Below, piece by piece: positions 61,323 through 64,000 of a stretch of DNA of 64,000 nt. The notes under the pieces are model-generated. The model ran no database searches. It was not told the DNA's origin and saw nothing but the letters and a program-made list of their open reading frames with translations. The translations under genes and the position numbers were made by a program. Source of the stretch: Squalus acanthias. Its lineage: Eukaryota. Location: NCBI GenBank assembly GCA_030390025.1, contig CM059433.1, forward strand, positions 14,138,001-14,202,000, read 5' to 3'. Within the stretch, counting starts at the first letter, position 1, and each line of letters opens with the position of its first letter.

Positions 61323-62995
61323 GAATAACAGCAGAAAATGCTGGAAATACTCAGCAGGTCAGGCAGCATCGTGGAGAGAGAAACAGAGTTAACGTTTCAG
61401 GTCGATGACCCTTCGTCAAAACTGGAAAAAGTTAGAGAAGTAACAGATTTTTAAGCAAGTGTAGGGGCAGGGAAGGGGAGGAGGGGAGGAAAGAACAAAG
61501 GGAAGGTCTGTGATAGGCTGGAAGGCAGGAGAGATTAAAAGAAAAAAGGGATGATGGTGCAAGGCAAAAGGAGATGGTACTGGGACAAGTTAAGAAACAA
61601 AAGATGACTCTAGATGAAGTGTAAATGGCGATGGCAGAATGATCGACAGCTGCCATGTGAGAGAAAAAAAAGGGAAAAAAGAAAAAAAAAGGAAAAAATA
61701 TATATAGGGGCCAAGGTTATGATCTGAAATTGTTGAACTCGATGTTGAGTCCAGAAGGCTGTAAAGTGCCTAATCGAAAGATGAGGTGCTGTTCCTCGAG
61801 CTTATGTTGAGCTTCATTGGAACAGTGTAAGAGGCCGAGGACGGTGAGGTCTGAGTGGGAGTGGAGCGGAGAATTAAAGTGACAGGCCACTGGGAGCTCG
61901 GGGTCCCCCTTACGGACTGAACAGAGGTGTTCCCCAAAGCGGTCAACAAATCTCCCAATGTAGAGGAGACCGCATCATGAGCAGCGAACACAGTATACTA
62001 AATTGCAAGAAGTTCAAGTAAATCGCTGTTTCACCTGGAAGGAATGTTTGGGGCCCTGGACAGTGGGAAGGGAGGAGGTAAAAGGCAGGTGTTGCATCTC
62101 CTGCGCTTACACGGGAAGGTGCCGGGCGAAGGGGAAGGGGTGTTGGGGGTGATTGAGGAGTGGACCAGTGTGTCACGGAGGGAGCGATCCCTTCGGAATG
62201 CTGAAAGTGGAGGTGAGGGGAAGATGTGTTTAGTGGTGGGATCATGCTGGAGGCGGGGGAAATGGCGGAGGATGATCCGTTGAATGTGGAGGCTGGTGGG
62301 GTGAAAGGTGAGGACGAGGGGAACCCTATCATGGTTCTGGGAGGGAGGGGAAGGGGTGAGAGCAGAAGTGTGGGAAATGGAACGGGCACGGTCGAGGGCC
62401 ATGTCATGCACAGAAGAGGGGAATCCTCGGTTGAGGAAAAAGGAAGACATATCGGAAGCACTGGTATGGAAGGTGGCATCGTCAGAACAGATGCGGTGGG
62501 GATTGAGAAACTGGGAGAATGGAATAGAGTCCTTACAGGAAGTGGGGTGGGAGGAAGTGTAGTCCAGGTAGCTGTCGGAGTCAGTGGGCTTGTAGTGGAT
62601 GTTTGTCGATAGCCTATCCCCAGAGATGGAGACAGAGAAGTTGAGGAAGGGAAGGGAAGAGTCGGAGATGGACCATGTGAAGGTGAGGGAAGGGTGGAAA
62701 TTGGAAGCAAAGTGAATGAAATTTTCTAGTTCAGGGCGAGAGCAGGAAACGGCACCGATACAGTCATCAATGTACCAGAAAAAGAGGTGAGGGAGGGGAC
62801 CTAAGTAGGACTGGAACAAAGAATGTTCCACATATCCCACAAAAAGGCAGCCATAGCTAGGACCCATGTGGGTTCCCATAGCAACACCTTTAATTTGGAG
62901 GAAGTGATTGGAGTCAAAGGAGAAGTTGTTCAATGTGAAAACAAGTTCAGCCAGGTGGAGAAGGTTGGTGGTGGATGGGGACTGGTTGGGCATCT
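61323..62995 (-). mobile_element. 5'-truncated Penelope-like retroelement (RT + GIY-YIG endonuclease, frameshifted)
   Basis: LTLNNFSF-like motif, QIKGVAMGTHMGPSY, YIDDCIG, LPFLN, YKPTDSDSYLDY.S.HP, PCKRRRCNTC and LYIG (GIY-YIG region). The 3' end carries a hammerhead motif at 61387-61423. Confidence 0.92.
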
Positions 62996-63334
62996 GTTTA
63001 AGGTATTGATATTGGAAGCCTTGTTTTGATATGAAGCAGTTTTGAACGTGTATCAGCACAAAACCAGAAGTATGAGATACAGCCAAGCTGGTGAGCAGAC
63101 TGCAAAGCACATCATAGCAAGAGTTGGGAGATCATGTCCGGGAGGTAACCTCCACTATTTGGCCTCGTAAGCCTCCAATGTGGTGGGCAGAAAGTGCTTG
63201 CTCAGTACAAGCCAGAAATGCGCCATATTGGTAAAGGTAAAAAAAAGTCAGCACGTAGGGCCACGGCTAAAACAGCCGCTTTGCATATGCAAAAAATGGG
63301 CGTGCCCAAATTTCTAGGCCTTTGAGTGTTATGC

Positions 63335-63399
63335 TGGTTGGCTGCCGCATTTCCCACATTACAACAGTGACTCCACTTCAAATAGTACTTCATTGGCTG
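63335..63399 (+). mobile_element. SINE tail fragment interrupted by an LTR
   Basis: ttggctgccgcatttcccacattacaacagtgact..acttcattggctg. Confidence 0.7.
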
Positions 63400-64000
63400 T
63401 GTAAGGGTAAAATTAATTGTAATAATGTAAGGGCAAATCAGTTGTAATGCTTAAGATTAGTTGAACTGCTTAAAGGACTAGAGTAAAGGTCAAAGTATCT
63501 CCCGAAGGCTACAAGCCGATGGAGACAGGGGTATAATTAAATAAAAACCTGCTTGCTTGGTCTGCGGTATAGATAATGCAGACACTGCAGAACAAAACAT
63601 GAATCATTGTTGTCTATAATAAACTAACCTCGAATGGTGTCCAATCACAAACAGACAACTCAGGTTGACCAAAGCTATGATGAAGCAAGAATAAACCTTG
63701 CAGTCCAGATGGCTAACCACCATTAGACAAAAGCAGAAGTAGAGGATGGGTTTCGCTAACATTGTAAGATTCTAATCAGGTTGTTTTTAGAGACCCTGAC
63801 TTACGGTCACTCATGATGTAATAACTGCTGACGTTTGTATTTTCTGGCTTCTTGAAGTGTATAAAGAAGCTGGGCTGCCACTATTAAATTGAGAAGCTGG
63901 TCACTAGACCGCGGGGCTATGACTCTTCTCCCAAGCGCTTTGAATACTAAACTGTGATCTTTTGCTTTGAGACAGACTCGAGTGAATTAATTTTTCACCA
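63400..64000 (+). mobile_element. Probable LTR (ERV/Gypsy), ~600 bp
   Basis: Begins TGTAAG inside a SINE tail, has a TATAAA at ~63860 and a U5-like end ttttcacCA at the window edge. Confidence 0.5.

Noticed and set aside
61943..62710. 255-aa Ser/Pro/Thr-rich mucin-like ORF
   Set aside because: It is an alternative frame of the Penelope RT.
1..64000. CRISPR arrays, operons or other prokaryotic systems
   Set aside because: No regularly spaced repeat-spacer array is present, and the content is vertebrate transposon-rich DNA.

Overview
This is repeat-dominated vertebrate DNA, very probably from a cartilaginous fish (shark), judged from the repeat families present. I found no supportable host-gene exon, so the window looks intergenic or intronic. 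It contains CR1 LINE fragments (several nested), L2 3' tails, tRNA-headed Deu-type SINEs, old LF-SINE-like copies and many PIF/Harbinger non-autonomous elements and MITEs. It also holds one Tc1/mariner-pogo-type MITE, a probable solo LTR and Penelope-like elements (PLEs). Four observations stand out. (1) Short PLE-derived fold-back elements with 12-15 bp target-site duplications (TSDs) carry minimal hammerhead-ribozyme motifs, including a ~700 bp near-perfect spacerless palindrome at 28563-29258. (2) A Harbinger element holds a three-exon Myb/SANT + coiled-coil gene that is one base away from an intact ~502 aa product. (3) Perfect CRE motifs (TGACGTCA) and splice donors recur across distinct Harbinger families. 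(4) Nested and tandem insertions are extensive. All family assignments come from recognising motifs by eye, not from database searches, and element boundaries without a TSD are approximate.
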